Shown in pieces: positions 62,431 to 64,000 of a stretch of DNA of 64,000 nt (the stretch's first letter is position 1; every line of letters starts with the position of its first letter). The stretch is taken from contig CAWAVN010000015.1 in the NCBI GenBank assembly GCA_963785505.1, positions 82,918 through 146,917 of the forward strand, read 5' to 3'. This DNA is from an uncultured Planctomycetaceae bacterium (GTDB lineage Bacteria; Planctomycetota; Planctomycetia; Planctomycetales; Planctomycetaceae). The position numbers and the translations under genes are program-made. Below the pieces are notes generated by a model. That model did not search any database and was not told where the DNA came from. It worked only from the letters and a program-made list of their open reading frames with translations.

Positions 62431-64000
62431 ATGTCTGCCTCGAACGAAATGGGAGACCCCGCCGCCGAATGCGAGCGCCGGCTGGCCGAGCGTCAGCAGA
62501 CGGTTTCGCGATGCGCGCTGGCCGATCAACAATTCTCGCAAGCGCGGGGGCTGGTGTTTCTACTCGGGTTGGCCTTGGTATTCGCGATTTGGAATACCCA
62601 ACTTTCGCCTGCGTGGCTGGTCGGGCCTTTCGTGGTGTTTGTGGGTTTGGTGGTTTTTCACGGCAAGGCGGTGCGGCAATTGGTGCTGGCCCGGCGAGCG
62701 GTGAATTACTACGCGACCACGCAGCGGCGAATCCGAGACCGCTGGATCGATGATGGCCAAACCGGCGAACGCTACCTGGATCCCAATCACCCCTACGCCG
62801 GCGATTTGGATTTGTTCGGACGCGGTTCGTTGTTTCAATTGATCTGCCAAGCCCGCACCCGCTTGGGCGAAAATACGATTGCAGATTGGCTAAAGTCGCC
62901 GGCGGATTGCGATGTCGTTCGGCAAAGACAGCAAGCGATTGAGGAACTAAGGCCCAAACTTGATCTCCGCGAACGCTTGGGCTTGCTCGATGCGAAAGTT
63001 CAAGAGGAATTAGACCAAAGGCAATTGCTGCTCTGGGCCGATGAGCCGGCACATCCCATCAGCCCGGAACGCCGCATCACGGCGGCGGTGGTCTCGGCGT
63101 TGATGCTCTGCGGAATCGCCGGTTGGTTGGTTACGGACAGGCTTTGGATGATTCTCGCGCCATTGTTGCTGCTGATGAGCTTTACCGCGTTCTTCGTGCA
63201 ATCCATCCGGCGGGTGGCGAAAACGATGGATGCCGCCGGTTCCGGGCTGGCGATTCTGTCGCAAGTTCTGAAAGTGATCGAGCAGGAACAGTTTCAAACG
63301 CCCAGGCTTATGGAAATCCGCCGCCGGTTGGACACCGAAGGCCACCCGCCTTCTTTGGAAATCGCGAAGCTGCATCGCTTGATCGAAAGCCTAAGAAACA
63401 GCCTGCAAAATCAGTTTTTCGCGTTGTTCGCATTCATTCTTTGCCTGGAAGTGCATCTGGTGCATGCGATTGAAGTTTGGCGGGAACGCGTGGGGCCTCG
63501 CATTGCGGGTTGGCTCGATGCGGTGGGCGAATTTGAAGCCTTGTCTTCGCTGGCCGGTTATGCCTACGAACACCCCCGCGATCCGTTCCCGGAACTCGTG
63601 CGGGAATTCCCGCTCTTGGACGCTCGGCAATTGGGGCATCCGCTGTTGGCGAACTCCGCGTGCGTGCGAAACGACGTAACGCTCGATCGGGACTTGCGGC
63701 TCATCTTGGTCAGCGGGTCGAACATGTCTGGCAAAAGCACGCTGTTGCGGACCATCGGCACGAATGTTGTTTTGGCGTTATGCGGATGCCCGTGCGGGCC
63801 GAATCGTTTCGGCTCTCGCCCATGCAAGTCGGCACGGCGATGCGAATTTCCGATTCCCTGCAAGATGGCAAGTCCCTGTTTTATTCGGTGGTCAGCCGGC
63901 TGAAAATGGTGGTCGATCTGGCCGATGGGCAGCGCCCGTTGTTGTTCCTGCTGGATGAAATTTTGCAGGGGACCAATTCGCACGACCGCCGCGTAGGAGC
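62431..64000 (+). CDS. MutS-related protein (membrane-associated N-terminus, MutS domain V ATPase); partial, one frame break near 63785
   Basis: The ATG at 62431 lies in ORF 62401..63903. Walker A is LILVSGSNMSGKSTLLRTIG. After a 1-nt shift the conserved GMPVRAESFRLSPMQVGTAMRISDSLQDGKSLFYSVVSRL...LLFLLDEILQGTNSHDRRVG continues to the window edge. Confidence 0.85.

Overview
GC-rich bacterial chromosomal window. The gene content looks Planctomycetota-like (several groEL paralogues, a Tat-signal DUF3500-like protein, a Rieske/cyt b complex with a giant multihaem cytochrome). This placement is inference only. Three blocks stand out. (1) 1-22.9 kb holds housekeeping genes: RND efflux pair, MarR, Trk/Ktr K+ uptake pair, GmhA-like SIS protein, vWA lipoprotein, a groEL-groES-groEL cluster, and a histidine kinase / NtrC-like regulator operon. 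(2) 23.1-44.3 kb is one co-directional minus-strand respiratory supercluster. In transcription order: Rieske, cytochrome b, subunit-IV-like protein, a TM/coiled-coil octahaem cytochrome c, cupredoxin, dihaem cytochrome c, CoxII, CoxI, CtaA, CtaB, CoxIII, CoxIV, an ABC exporter, SCO1, DUF420 and a small CxxC protein. (3) 47.8-62.0 kb is a visibly more AT-rich accessory stretch ending at tRNA-Lys(UUU). It contains a Ser/Thr-kinase-TIR fusion, a ferredoxin-MBL fusion, a cassette of fused acetyl/methyl-transferases, a phzF-family gene split by an IS1380-like element with intact 4-bp target duplication, an ADP-ribosylglycohydrolase, and a MazF-type three-gene module. A MutS-related gene runs off the right edge. 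No rRNA, CRISPR array or integrase was seen. Data-quality caveat: about 20 single-nucleotide frame breaks hit highly conserved genes (groEL, groES, coxI, coxIII, ctaB, ilvD and others). These genes otherwise look intact, so the breaks most likely reflect indel errors in the sequence rather than pseudogenes. Such genes are reported as merged CDS with the break noted. The best candidate for an undescribed system is the kinase-beta-sandwich-TIR protein at 47930-50284.
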